A DNA stretch of 63,182 bases, counting the filler, from Neoconidiobolus thromboides FSU 785 (taxonomy: Eukaryota; Fungi; Entomophthoromycota): the NCBI GenBank assembly GCA_025603075.1. It is 7 parts of 7 records of this genome, joined end to end, with 100 filler letters (N's around TTAATTAATTAA, not from the genome) between each part and the next. Parts side by side here need not be neighbours in the genome. Positions count along the whole stretch, not along the records: positions 1 to 23,393 come from MU626529.1; positions 23,494 to 47,110 come from MU626524.1; 5 more parts are not named here. The stretch is one strand, 5' to 3'. The position numbers were made by a program, and so were the translations under genes. This document shows positions 13,318 through 24,981 of this stretch, in pieces (positions within the stretch are counted from its first letter, which is position 1; each line of letters begins with the position of its first letter). The notes under the pieces are model-generated. The model was not told the DNA's origin and ran no database searches. It saw only the letters and a program-made list of their open reading frames with translations.

Positions 13318-14722
13318 AATTAATTAAGTAGTTGTCTATTGTCTATATAGTAATCTATAGTAAAAAGTAAAAAGAAAGAAAGAATAATATTAACTTGAAG
13401 ATGTAAAACTAAAAGATAAAAAATAAAAGATAAAAGATAAAAGATAGTAGAATAGAATAAAATTATACAAAACAAATTTATTTATTTAATTCTATTATTT
13501 GTTGACTTTTTTTATTTTTAGTTAATTTTTAGTGATTTTTTTAATATAACGTATCCAATTTTTTACTTGCCCGTTTCACCCATCACTAACTTTAACGATT
13601 ACCAATCTTTTTTTGTATTTTAAACTTTAATTCGCCCTCATCCTGTCACCGCCATAATTTCGGAAATTTAAGCTTAACACTTTAACGAACCAATTCGATA
13701 ATTTTGTGAAATTTAGTTTTTTGATTACTTGTCCATAAGGACTTAAGTTTAAAGCTGTTGCAACTCTCTTGCGATTTTTTTCATAGTAAATTTTATAACT
13801 AAATATTTGTATACCCAATTTTTTTATGTCTAGTCAAATTACTCTAGCCAAATTCAGCATAATTTATTTCTTAAATAAGTAGTCAATTAAGTCTCAAAAG
13901 AAGTGCAACAGTTATTATAAACCAATATTTTTATTTTCTACCTTTTGTAACTTAATTCATTTAAACATTCTTTTCTTTAAATATTATTTCCGTCCCTTAT
14001 TGAGTTATTTTATGACCCTTTTTAGCCTGTCTTTTTAAAAAAGTGTAATCTTATTGCGCTTTACTGACAATGACATCAGCTTTTAATAAAAATTTAATCA
14101 AATCTTTAACAAATCATTATTAGACGTTATAAAATGTAGGATAAGAGGTACTGTATAGTTTCAAATCATTCCAAATAAACAATGATAATTTGAAAACTTA
14201 AAGTAACTGATAGCTTAGCTCAATCCTTGATAAATAGAGATATTGGTATTGATATTAACAAAAACTACTTGTAAAAGTATTATTTAATAAAAGTTCAAGT
14301 TTACAAAAATTCATTTTAAGGTCCTTACTATAGGAAATAGAGATATTTTATAGGTATAATAAAATATAAAGGATTTATTAAAGATCGCTTTGAGAACAAC
14401 ATCTATAAAGTTAAACTTTATAAACGATGTAGTTAATAGTATAAATATTTTCTCTAAGCTAAGCATCTATTAAAATACCTATCGAAAGCTCCATCTTTAA
14501 CTGGTTCCTAAAAAACTTTAAAGACGACTGGTAAGAGTGAAGTAGCAACAAAAGCCCAGGTCACAATATTAAATATTATACATCAAGAAGTATTAGCAAA
14601 GGTGTTGATCCAGCTTTTTGATCGAAATATAATTCATTTTTTCCTTAATAGATAGCCGAAGGCGGTAGTATGATAACACACACCCCTTTTTTAACCTTTT
14701 TTAATCTTTTTGGTCAAGATAT

Positions 14723-14823
14723 GGGGATGTGTTTTTTTGTTTAAGAATTTTACTAATAATCTTTCCACTCAAATAGCGCTTAAAAAAATGGAAAAAATAA
14801 TGAAATAAAAAAAACATCCTCCC
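14723..14823 (+). mobile_element. GGGGATG MITE abutting the TGTGAAAT fragment
   Basis: Family match. Confidence 0.8.
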
Positions 14824-15063
14824 TGTGAAATCTGGTACTCAGTGTTTGGAGCCAAAAACAGCTATTGGCTGGTTGACTACACTATAATTCAAAAGGTCTT
14901 AGCCTATGTGACTAAGGTAGACTTAGATTATGAAGAATAGCACGTAATAGGTTACAGACTATATAAGACAAATATAGTAGACACTTCTAATGTAAAATCT
15001 ACGTAAAACACTATTAATAAAACTTAGTGGATTTATTAAATGTTCGAGATATCAGGGAATAAT
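14824..15063 (-). mobile_element. Truncated copy of the TGTGAAAT element (right half)
   Basis: Reverse complement of about 20785-21023, starting TGTGAAATCTGGTACTCAG. Confidence 0.8.
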
Positions 15064-15207
15064 GAAACTTTTTGATTTAACTTTTTCTTACAAAAAATTA
15101 CCCCAGATTTATAAACTTAAATTTTTAAATTGCCTGGTAATAATAAGAACTCTGAGCTATTTAGCTTATATTATCTATTTATACTAGTTTTTTATATTTT
15201 TATTATT

Positions 15208-15303
15208 GGGGTTGTTTTTTTAGTTTCATTATTTTTCCATTTTTTAAGCGCTATTTGAGTGGAAAGATTGTTAGTAAAATTCTTAAACAAAAAAACACAT
15301 CTT
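15208..15303 (-). mobile_element. GGGGATG MITE
   Basis: Inverted relative to, and very similar to, 14723-14823. Confidence 0.8.
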
Positions 15304-17077
15304 GGCTGTTATTTACTAAACATTTGGATGTTTTTCCATTAACACTCATTATAAATAATTGACTTTAAGTAATTTAATAGTACTTTTAATATCATAATGT
15401 AAAAACAATCTAGTTTTTGACCTTTTGTAATTTTATATTATTTTTTAAATAAAATTAGTAGTTTAATATTTATAAATGTTTAAATTTTAAGCAGCTTAAA
15501 AATTATAACTGTTCAAATTAAATCAGTACATATAAAAAAATCTTTTTGAGCTATATTGTAACTTTATATATATATCAATTTAATATAAATAATCTAACTC
15601 TGAGATTTTTCAGGTTTTAACCTTTAAGTTTGCAAAACTGAACATTTAAGATTTAAATATAATTAATAAATTAAAACGCTATTTAGTAAATAATAGGAAT
15701 ATATAAAGTATGGTTCTGATTGTGTGTATGAACATTAACTACTAAATGATTTGAATTTGATACTAATTCGTTTGCAAAATATTATTTTTGAACTTACAAT
15801 TTATTTTTAAAATTTCTTATAATTTATAACGTTTGTTATATTTGAGATTATAGTAATTTGACCTAAAATTAAATTGAATTAAATTAAATTTATTTGGATT
15901 TTGTGATTAGTTTAAGTATAAGTAATTAAATGTTATAATAAGTTTTATATATAATTACAATTTGTCTTAAATTTATAAACACATTAATGAAAAAATTCTA
16001 TTTTTTTTGAAATTATTTTCAAACTTTCATTACTAAATTAGCTTCAAATAAAGTGCAATTATAAAATTTTATTATTCAAATAAGATGTTTTATTGTGTAT
16101 CAAAAACAGTAATTTATGCCAATTATATAATCAAAATTGTACAAAAAATAACTTAGAAACATTCTAAGGTTCGACGTTTTATGGCTTTGTCAAGTGCATA
16201 TTTTATTAGTAATTTAACCAAAATTTTGGGTTAGTTATTAACTTAAAAATAAAAAGTTACTAAAATACTGATGCATTTTTATATAAAATAATTGAATATC
16301 AACTTTATTTTAATTTTAGAATAACAGGAATGCTCTTAGTTGTTTTATTACTTTATTGTTTTATTGTTTTAAATAGCTCCATTTATTTCTACTCATAAGA
16401 AACTAATGTATTCCGAATTTGGGGTTTTCATTAGATATTTGACAAAAAATAAAGCCCAAAATCCTATTAGTAAATTTGACTTTCGACTATAAATCTAGGA
16501 GCAAGTATTCCAATTTGAAGTTTTAATTTTGAAAGCTATACTTTAGTATTAATAGCCTAAGGACCCTTACCCTTAGAGCATATTTTCGCATGAAGCCATG
16601 TGTATTCAGGGATAAATTTTACAAGGGATGATTTTATTTATTTTTGTGGTGCTTACGTTTTGCTACCTACTTAAACATGGCTATTTTGATGTATTAACAA
16701 ATGCCTCGTGTTTGGGCTATAAATACATTAAATTTACTTTATAGAATTCTGATCATATACCTGATATACTATATATAACTAGGAAACAAACTGCAGAGTT
16801 TGATCTCGGATGCTCCGCTAACACAAAAGTTATAAACATAATTAGTAAGTAATACAACAATATTTTAGTTTCAAACCTTTTAAAGTTATATATAAAAATT
16901 AATATTACAAAATAAGAAATTATCATATTTTATTAATTGGTAAAAATAACTCTAGAAGAAACAAACCCAGAGTAACTATAAAATGTTTTTAAAAACAATC
17001 AAATTTATTCTAGGATTAATTAAAAAAGCAAGGATCGTCCTAAGTTATATATATAATACAGTGCTATAAGTATAAAC

Positions 17078-18706
17078 TTATTTGGAAGGTTCTTGAGGAG
17101 CTGGAGGTCCCATACTTCTTAAAGGAATGTGCTTCAAACAAAGGGCAGCTATAAATGATATAGAAAAGAAAGCAATTCCAGTTAAAAACATAGAATGGAA
17201 ACCATCAACATAGGATTGAACTACTGCGGCTCTAAGTTCTGGTGTCAAGGTTTGAATATAAGTCGATGATTGAAGCAAAGCCCCAATATTTACAGTTGGT
17301 GCGTTTTTGACTAAGGAAGAAGTTAATACGTTTTGATATACTGCTCCTAACACTGCGATTCCTATTACTCCACCTAAAGATTGTGAGAAACTGACCAATG
17401 ATGTTACAATGGCTGCATCTTTCATACCAACAGCTGCTTGTGATACAATTGTGTTGGTTTGAATACAAAGACCTACACCTAAACCAATTAATAATGAAAA
17501 CACAATCAGTTCTGCTCTTGAGATATCGACTCTCATTAAAGATCCCATAAGAGCAGTACCAATAATACCAATAGCAGTACCAACCATGGAAAGTTGGCGA
17601 TAGATACCGGTTTTAACCATAAAAATGCCAGAACCAATTGACATGGAAACTACGCCTAACATAGTAGCTAAAAGTTCCAAACCAGAGTTAATGGCTGATT
17701 CTTGATGGACAATTTGATAATACAATGGTAAATAAATAATTGTTGCAAAAAATACACCTCCATTAAAAAAGGCAGTGATATCGGCCGAGATAACATTGCG
17801 AACTAAAACATGAGCTGGAATGATTGGTTCTTTGGATACTTTCCATTGAAAGAAGATGAAAAGAAGTAAAAAAGCAATACCTAAACAAAGTGAAACAATA
17901 ACTGCTGCAGAATTCCAAGGATACTGCTGTCCACCCCAGTTTAAGCCTAATACTATAAGTGAAGTAAAGATGAGTAAAGTAATTGAACCTAAATAATCGA
18001 CTCTGGCTAACTTTTCTTTCATGTTTTCTTTAGAAGTAGGTAAGCGAAGGAAAAATCCAATAACAAACATAGCTATTAAACAAATTGGAATATTAATATA
18101 GAAACACCACCTCCAACTAGCTTTTTCGGTAAGAGCACCACCTATCAATGGACCAACAACTGAAGCAACAGCAAAGTTAGCTCCAACCATACCCATAAAT
18201 ATGCCTCTTCTTCTTAATGAAACAATATCGGATATAATAATAACTGAAAGAGATATAAGACCACCACCACCGATACCAGCAATAGCACGACAAATAATTA
18301 ACATCTCAATAGTTTGTGCAGCACCACATAGTACTGAACCAACTAAAAAGATACCAAGGGCAAATAACATAACAGCACGTCGACCAAAAATATCAGAAAA
18401 CTTACCATATAAAGGTTGGAACGCAGTTGAGGATAATAAATAAGAAGTAGCTACCCAAGTTACTTCATCAAAAGCATTAAAATCGGAAGTAATGTTTGCT
18501 AAAGAGGTAGCAATAATTGTATTGTCTAAAGCAGCTACGAAAATGGATAAAACTAAACCAAGGATAATTAAACTGAATTTTGTTTTTGATAAGGCTACTC
18601 TTGGTTCATCAATGTTTGTTTGATTGACTCGAGCTTGATTTTCTATTTCTTTCTCATTGCTCTGAATTGCAAATGCTTCATTGACTTGAGTGTCAGTAGA
18701 TGACAT
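17078..18706 (-). CDS. MFS drug:H+ antiporter (DHA2, 14-TMS type)
   Basis: AALDNTIIAT, motif A GKFSDIFGRR, antiporter motif GPLIGGAL, WRWCFYINIP; many TM helices in 542 aa. Confidence 0.93.
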   Translation of the reverse strand: MSSTDTQVNEAFAIQSNEKEIENQARVNQTNIDEPRVALSKTKFSLIILGLVLSIFVAALDNTIIATSLANITSDFNAFDEVTWVATSYLLSSTAFQPLYGKFSDIFGRRAVMLFALGIFLVGSVLCGAAQTIEMLIICRAIAGIGGGGLISLSVIIISDIVSLRRRGIFMGMVGANFAVASVVGPLIGGALTEKASWRWCFYINIPICLIAMFVIGFFLRLPTSKENMKEKLARVDYLGSITLLIFTSLIVLGLNWGGQQYPWNSAAVIVSLCLGIAFLLLFIFFQWKVSKEPIIPAHVLVRNVISADITAFFNGGVFFATIIYLPLYYQIVHQESAINSGLELLATMLGVVSMSIGSGIFMVKTGIYRQLSMVGTAIGIIGTALMGSLMRVDISRAELIVFSLLIGLGVGLCIQTNTIVSQAAVGMKDAAIVTSLVSFSQSLGGVIGIAVLGAVYQNVLTSSLVKNAPTVNIGALLQSSTYIQTLTPELRAAVVQSYVDGFHSMFLTGIAFFSISFIAALCLKHIPLRSMGPPAPQEPSK

Positions 18707-19870
18707 TTTTTAAGTTAAAGTAATAATTAAATTGATAAAGTGAAAAGATAGAATTTTTTGCTTTTATATACTTTTGGTTATTTCTAAATAATTCATTTTT
18801 GTATTAGAAATTATTCCTGATTTAACCCGATAGTCCGATAAATATTTTACAAATCTGATTTTCCTAAAATAAGGATATTTATAAAGCAATTCAGTTTTTA
18901 TACTACTTATCTAACTTTTTATAAACTAAAGTAATAAATATTGAAGAACCTATACTATATTTGTATATTCAATATGAAATTATACGTATTACTATGATGT
19001 TATATTTATTTACAGTCTTTAGCATCGGAAAACTAAATCAATTTTATTGGCAATCAGACTGTAATTACACGATCGATATTAAAAAATTGATAAATGACGC
19101 TTAATCTAAATCTGCTTAAAAAATCGAATTTGCCAAAATTGTAAAAACCTGAACTTACACCCATTATTATGAATTCGCAAGAAAAATTAATGAGCCGAAA
19201 GCATTCTTGAATAATAAATTAAATCTAGTGTCTAAGCAAAAATCTAAGTAAACTTTAATAAATGTTTAACTAAAGATAAACTAAATTAATAATATCATGT
19301 GGAGTATCATATAAAAATATCTTTAGAGTTGAATAATGACTTTATTTTATCATATATAATAAAAACTATAATTCTTTTAAAATTTCCAATATCAAGCCCT
19401 GATTAGATTAGCTAGGCAGTGGCTATTATTTTTAATGAACTTATTTAAATACTGTTATTTTTGCTTATAAATATTTTATCCTAAAATTTTATTAAAAGGA
19501 AGGTCCATGTAGAAGATATCATTTGATATGGATCTGGATTGATATAATTAAATCAAGAACTATAAGTAAACGTCAACAGGATCAATCACTAATATAAAAC
19601 TATAATCCCGACAATAATTCAACAATTCAATTAGAAATAAATTTTTCCCATTCTTTGTTTTTATTAATAGAAATTAAGAGCCTCTTTTAATGATTTTTCT
19701 CATAATGTCTCCTTACTTTTATGCTTTATTAAAAAATCGGCTTAAACTTTTAAAACTCAACTTTTATCGGTGTTCTAAATATATTTTTATGCAAATTTGA
19801 ATTTGTAATATCATTACTCTATTCTGCGATTACATGAATATTCTTTTGATCTTTAAAAAGTACCAAAAAT

Positions 19871-19962
19871 GGAGATACTTTTTTTGTTTGAGAAATTTGC
19901 CAGCATTTTTTCTGCGTAATAGTACTTAAAATGGACAAATTATTATGATAAAAAAATAGCTT
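19871..19962 (+). mobile_element. Degenerate GGGGATG MITE
   Basis: Weak family match. Confidence 0.5.
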
Positions 19963-20559
19963 TGTATGATTTTAAAAAATAGTTATATTCAAATTATACT
20001 CTATTGTAAACAAATTAATAATCTAAAGAGCTATATTGGACTGTCATGTCATTTTTTTATTAACTCTAAAAAGCGAGAAATTCTAGGTGTTTTATTTTTT
20101 AGAGATAGAAAAAGAAGGACAAGTCCACTATTGATAAAGGGCTTAACTTAGAAATAAAATGCTTGTAGCCGCCTAGTAACCATTATGAAAATTTATAGGA
20201 AAGTTAAATGTTATATTTTAGTAAATTATTGATAGGAGTGATATTATCCATTTGAAGTTCAATACTTTCAAATCTTATATTATCTTAAATTATAAAATAT
20301 AGTTTTTTAAACATTTTGAAATTTTAGCTTACTAAAATTTAAAAGTTTTTTGTACTGCTTTTAATTAATTTCCAAGCTTTTATCATTTTTTAATAAATCA
20401 TAAAAATTTACTTGGTATCAAAAGATTAAAATAAGCTTTATAAAGATTTTTAAGCAGCCATTAGTATTACAAAAATGAATTTATATTTATATTTGTATTT
20501 ATTATTTATAGTCTAAAGGATATTAATATGGTTATATTATTTTTCACTGAAAAGTGTTA

Positions 20560-21023
20560 TGTGAAATGTCGCTTTGTCAGCCCCATGGTTAATTGTAGCA
20601 TAATAATCGCCTAAGCTGTCATGTTCTCGATTATAGAGACAATTAATCCCATGCTTTTATTCTGATTTGCTAAGATAATTTCTATCTTCGTCTCAAAGAA
20701 TGTTATCCTCTCATTTTGATATTTATACTTGTCGGAGTACAAAAGAGATTCTAAAACATAATAGCTCGAGGCTTTTTAACTGAATTATTCTTTGATATCT
20801 CGAACATTTAATAAAGCCACTAAGTTTTCTTAATAGTATTTTACGTAGATTTTACATTAGTATTGTCTATTATATTTGTCTTACATAGTCCATAGCATAT
20901 TAAATGCTATTCTTCATAATTCAAGTCTATCTTAATCACATAAACTAAGACCTTTCGACTTACAGTGTAGTCAACCAGGCAATAGCTGTTTTTGACTTTA
21001 ATCACTGAGTACCAGATTTCACA
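20560..21023 (+). mobile_element. Complete ~464-bp TGTGAAAT...ATTTCACA element (solo LTR or Ginger-like non-autonomous element)
   Basis: TG...CA ends, 8-bp terminal inverted repeat, flanks GTTA/ATTA, and homologous pieces at five or more other sites. Confidence 0.75.
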
Positions 21024-21250
21024 ATTATGTAGATTATAATCAAATTGATTATAAAGCTATTACTAGTTTCATAAATAAAGATGTTTATTACACTATAACC
21101 AATTATAAGCCCAATAAAGTAACGTTCCAGCGAATACTTTAATTTGGAAATATACACAAATATTTGAATAATAATTTCACCTCAGCTAATCAGTTTGAAA
21201 AAAAATACGTTTTAAAGAATATTATAGTTTTTTATATTTTCTTATCATAT

Positions 21251-21346
21251 GGGGATGATTTTTTTATCTTATCATTTTTTCCATTTTTTAAGAACTATTT
21301 GGGCGAAAAAATTGTTAGTAAAATTCTTAAACAAAAATATATCCCT
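21251..21346 (-). mobile_element. GGGGATG MITE
   Basis: ATAT/ATAT flanks. Confidence 0.8.
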
Positions 21347-21498
21347 ATATTTTATTTTAGTATATTATTTTTGTTTTTATTACTTAATCAGTTACATTAT
21401 TAAACTCAAAGCTACTAAAAAATATTTTTTCCACCTTATCTAGGATTAAAAAATAAGGAGGGATCTCTTTAAAAAAATGAAGGTTAAGTCTTACATAT

Positions 21499-21590
21499 GG
21501 TGATGTATTTTTGTGTTTAAGAATTTTACTAGCAAATTTTCCGCTCAAATAACGCTCAAAAGATGGAAAAAGTAATGAAAAAACATCCCC
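21499..21590 (+). mobile_element. GGGGATG MITE
   Basis: ATAT/ATAT flanks. Confidence 0.8.
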
Positions 21591-22519
21591 ATATTTTAAC
21601 CAAGTTATAGACTTTACCAAATATTTAAGCTTATACTTTGAATAACTCCTAAAGCCAGTGATTTTCCATATGTTGCTAATGACTATGAATTGCTATATTT
21701 TGACCAATGATGAATTTATTACCACTGACGTTGATGTAAAGCATATTAACAATTTGTATTTTAGTTTATAAGTATTTAAACAAAGAAATAGCGTATTATT
21801 TAAAATTTTGTAATCTATAGGTTACCAGTTGTTTAAAAAGCCAAGGTATTAAAAATAACGGTATGTCAAGTATATCAACTTTAAGGCAGTTTGATTGATT
21901 TGATTAGAGAAATGTTAATATAGGCATAAATAGGGTGATGAAACTTTTTATTATGATCAATTTTCCAAAGGTTGTCAGTAATTTCTCATTCGAGATTTTG
22001 TTATGTACGTTTTCTTATAATACGCATCATTGAATGATATAGAATCATTAAAAAGATAAAGAATCTGACGGAGCTAATTATTATATTAAAAGTACCAATA
22101 ACATTGGTTCCTAAAGAGTAATTTACTGAATCAGATAATTATCTGAATACTGTTGATATTGACAATGATACAAAGTTAGTTAAGAAGAGTATTATTTATG
22201 GTAATTATCTCTTGTATTATTTATTAGAAAAACATGTTGGCAAATCTATCCCTAATTAGTAAACTAACATAATATAAGCCATAATTTCACAACAATTTAC
22301 AGTACTACTAAAGCAAATTGAGCTGTTCTATTACATGCAGCTCTAAATAAGTAATACAAATAATAAACAACCGCTTAAGTTTTAAATAATTCATAACTTT
22401 CATACTTTCCTATTCTTAAAAAAGAAAAATTGTTTATGTTTAGCAAAATACAAAATTAATTTTATTTAATTAAAATAAGTACATAGTAAATTAGAACTAC
22501 AGGATTGAATATATACTAG

Positions 22520-23140
22520 TTATTGGATGGATATCCTTATTTTCTTGTCTTCTTTCTTAACTCGCTTTGGAATTATTAGATTCAATACTCCATCAGTTAG
22601 ATCTGCTTGAATCTCTTCAGCTAAAATATCATGTTTGACTTTGAAGCTTCTCTTAAAACTCTTCTTTGACCTTCTTTCTGTAAGTAAATGCTTTCCATCA
22701 TCAGTAACACTTGATGTGCTTATAGAAGCATTATCATCTTCATTAGTTTCATCCGCTTCTTCTACTATAACAATATGCTCATGTTTCTTTGGTCTATAGA
22801 CATACTCTCCTTTTAAAGTAAGTGTATTATCGACGTTATCAAATGAAATATTAATGTCTTCTTTTTTAAATCCGGGTAATTCAGCTTCAATAGTATAATA
22901 ATTTGGAAACTCTGTTATGTCAACATATGGCCATTTCTCTTCTTTAGGCTTAGTAGTATTGATTGTGACGTTGTTGTTAGTATTTATAGTTTGTTTCTGT
23001 GGATTGTTCTCTTGTGGAGTAGTTGGTGTTGTATTTTTCTCATGATGATTGAAAGGAGTATAATGCTCAGGAGTAAATACAAAAGGATGGAATTCTTTAG
23101 GATAATATACAAATGGGTTGTTATTTAAAGCAGCGAACAT
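22520..23140 (-). CDS. Small heat-shock protein (HSP20/alpha-crystallin domain), copy 1
   Basis: PYVDITE...IEAELPGFKKEDINI...LTLKGE...FKRSF...IQADLTDGVLNLIIPK, ending in an IRISIQ IXI-type motif. Confidence 0.93.
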   Translation of the reverse strand: MFAALNNNPFVYYPKEFHPFVFTPEHYTPFNHHEKNTTPTTPQENNPQKQTINTNNNVTINTTKPKEEKWPYVDITEFPNYYTIEAELPGFKKEDINISFDNVDNTLTLKGEYVYRPKKHEHIVIVEEADETNEDDNASISTSSVTDDGKHLLTERRSKKSFKRSFKVKHDILAEEIQADLTDGVLNLIIPKRVKKEDKKIRISIQ

Positions 23141-23311
23141 TGTTTGATGTTGAGTTTGGTATTTAATTTAATATTTAGTTTGATATTTAATTTAATATTT
23201 AATTTAATTTTTTATAATTTTTGTAATAATTTATCACTTGCTTTTATACTTTTTTTAAAATTATTTTTAAATTGATGGATTTTACTAAACTTTACCAAAT
23301 TTTTAAGCAAT

Positions 23312-23326
23312 TATCTAGAAATTTCG
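23312..23326. promoter_or_regulatory. Heat-shock element upstream of HSP20 (also at 47996-48010), with TATAAAA on the minus strand at 23242-23248
   Basis: tATCtaGAAatTTCg is a three-unit inverted nGAAn array with one mismatch, about 65 nt upstream of the TATA box. Confidence 0.55.
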
Positions 23327-23393
23327 ATAATAATTGTAACGTTGAGTCCAAATTAGGAAATTTATTCAGGATAATTTGTAATATTAATTATAT

Positions 23394-23493
23394 NNNNNNN
23401 NNNNNNNNNNNNNNNNNNNNNNNNNNNNNNNNNNNNNTTAATTAATTAANNNNNNNNNNNNNNNNNNNNNNNNNNNNNNNNNNNNNNNNNNNN
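23394..23493. other. Assembly gap with TTAATTAATTAA spacer (same at 47111-47210, 57210-57309, 59546-59645, 60714-60813, 61914-62013)
   Basis: N44-TTAATTAATTAA-N44; artificial, true gap size unknown. Confidence 0.97.
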
Positions 23494-24330
23494 TGTAGCT
23501 ATACCAACCTCAAATATATATTTTTTATTGATGAGGGATATATAAAAAGGTAGAATTAACTTGAAAGCTTTACAAAGGCTCCTAATAGTACCTTTAAGCT
23601 TATTGATATAATTACAAATAATATCTTTGTATAAATTAGAAACTATACATATATAACTTGAGCATTTAAGTAATAAAATTACTACTATATAATAGCTAGT
23701 CATATTATTAGCTAAAGTAGTAGTTAATATTTATAACAATTTACAAATTAGTCGAAATTACCATAGTATCCACTTATACAATCTACTGCTGTGTTAACTA
23801 TATCAACACTATACAATGGTATTAAAACATAATTGAAAGATAATTTGAAATTAAAATAATTCAAAGCATTTACTATCAAAAATATGGAGCAAAGGATATA
23901 TCTCAAATTACTATTATAACTATTGGAAAGTTTAAAATAATGCAAAATAATTTCTTCAATGATATGAAATATGAGAAGGCATTTACTTAAGATATTTGAT
24001 AATATCTCATTAATATTGTAATAGTTTGAATATTTTAGGTCGTGATTGATACGTTTTCTTATATTAATATAACTAGAACTAATAATGTAAAATATTGGTG
24101 TTAAAACTATAATAACTGTGAGCATCTTTAGCTTACAATAATGTCCTCTTTCTCCACTTTAATTGTTTATATTTTTAATTTATCTCTTTCTTTACGCAGT
24201 TTTCTATTTTTAGAATAAAGCCTCTTTTTTCACCATGCATATTTCTTACACTAAAAATATCTTAATATCTGCAGCTATTTTAGACACTATAGTTATCTAG
24301 TTCTTATAATAAAACATTAGAGGATTTTTT
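23494..24330 (-). repeat. Left arm of a long inverted repeat (partner at about 46280-47110)
   Basis: 23494-23999 is the reverse complement of 46605-47110 with 2 mismatches seen. Weaker homology continues inward for roughly 300 nt. Confidence 0.9.
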
Positions 24331-24883
24331 TATCAATTTAATATACTTCCAGCATAATTTAAGCTACAGTCTTTTAGCGTATTATTAGTTTCTTGGATTT
24401 ACTCATCTAAATAACCAAATAGGATAGGATTTTTATAAACGATAAACTATTGTTATAAAGCTAACAAGAGGTCTAAAAAGTCAAAAGCCTTAAACCGACC
24501 ATCCTTATATTGTGTATTACTAACGTCATCATAGATTGTATATCCCTAATAGCATTGTTAGCTTATATAGTGATATTATACATTATACCATGATATTAAT
24601 CGAAAAGAAGCAAAATATCAGATTAATGCGCTACAATTATGTTTCTATCAACTAGAACATTGGATTTTATTGAAATTTTCTTTAAACTATCCGCTTGTAA
24701 TACCATTAAGTTTTTTTTTGAGGGTTGAACATAGGAATCCTTGTGGCATGAAGATAAGATGTTTATTATTTTATTTATAGATTGTTTGACGATTTGGATT
24801 ATAATTTTGAACTAAATAGAACAAGTTCTTTGCATGATAAGCAAAACATTAGTTACACCAACAAAATGTCGATAATACTATAT

Positions 24884-24981
24884 GGAGATGTTTTTTTACG
24901 TTTAGGGATTTTACTAAGAATTTTTCCGCTCAAATAGTGTTTAAAAGGTGGAAAAACTAATGAAGCCAAAAAAACACTCCC
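24884..24981 (+). mobile_element. GGGGATG MITE
   Basis: Family match. Confidence 0.8.

Noticed and set aside
21164-21620. Short ORFs here and at 30077, 31738, 32609, 35032-35456, 58712-59008, 62191
   Set aside because: They are readings through MITE copies (recurrent KIVSKILK/LLFPSF peptides).
23438-23449. TTAATTAATTAA palindrome repeated six times
   Set aside because: It is always centred in N runs; an artificial gap spacer with stops in all frames.
23446-24125. ORFs of 85 and 125 aa and their mirrors at 46482-47158
   Set aside because: They lie in the AT-rich inverted repeat, have no recognisable domain, and one runs into Ns. Their duplication reflects the repeat, not coding conservation.
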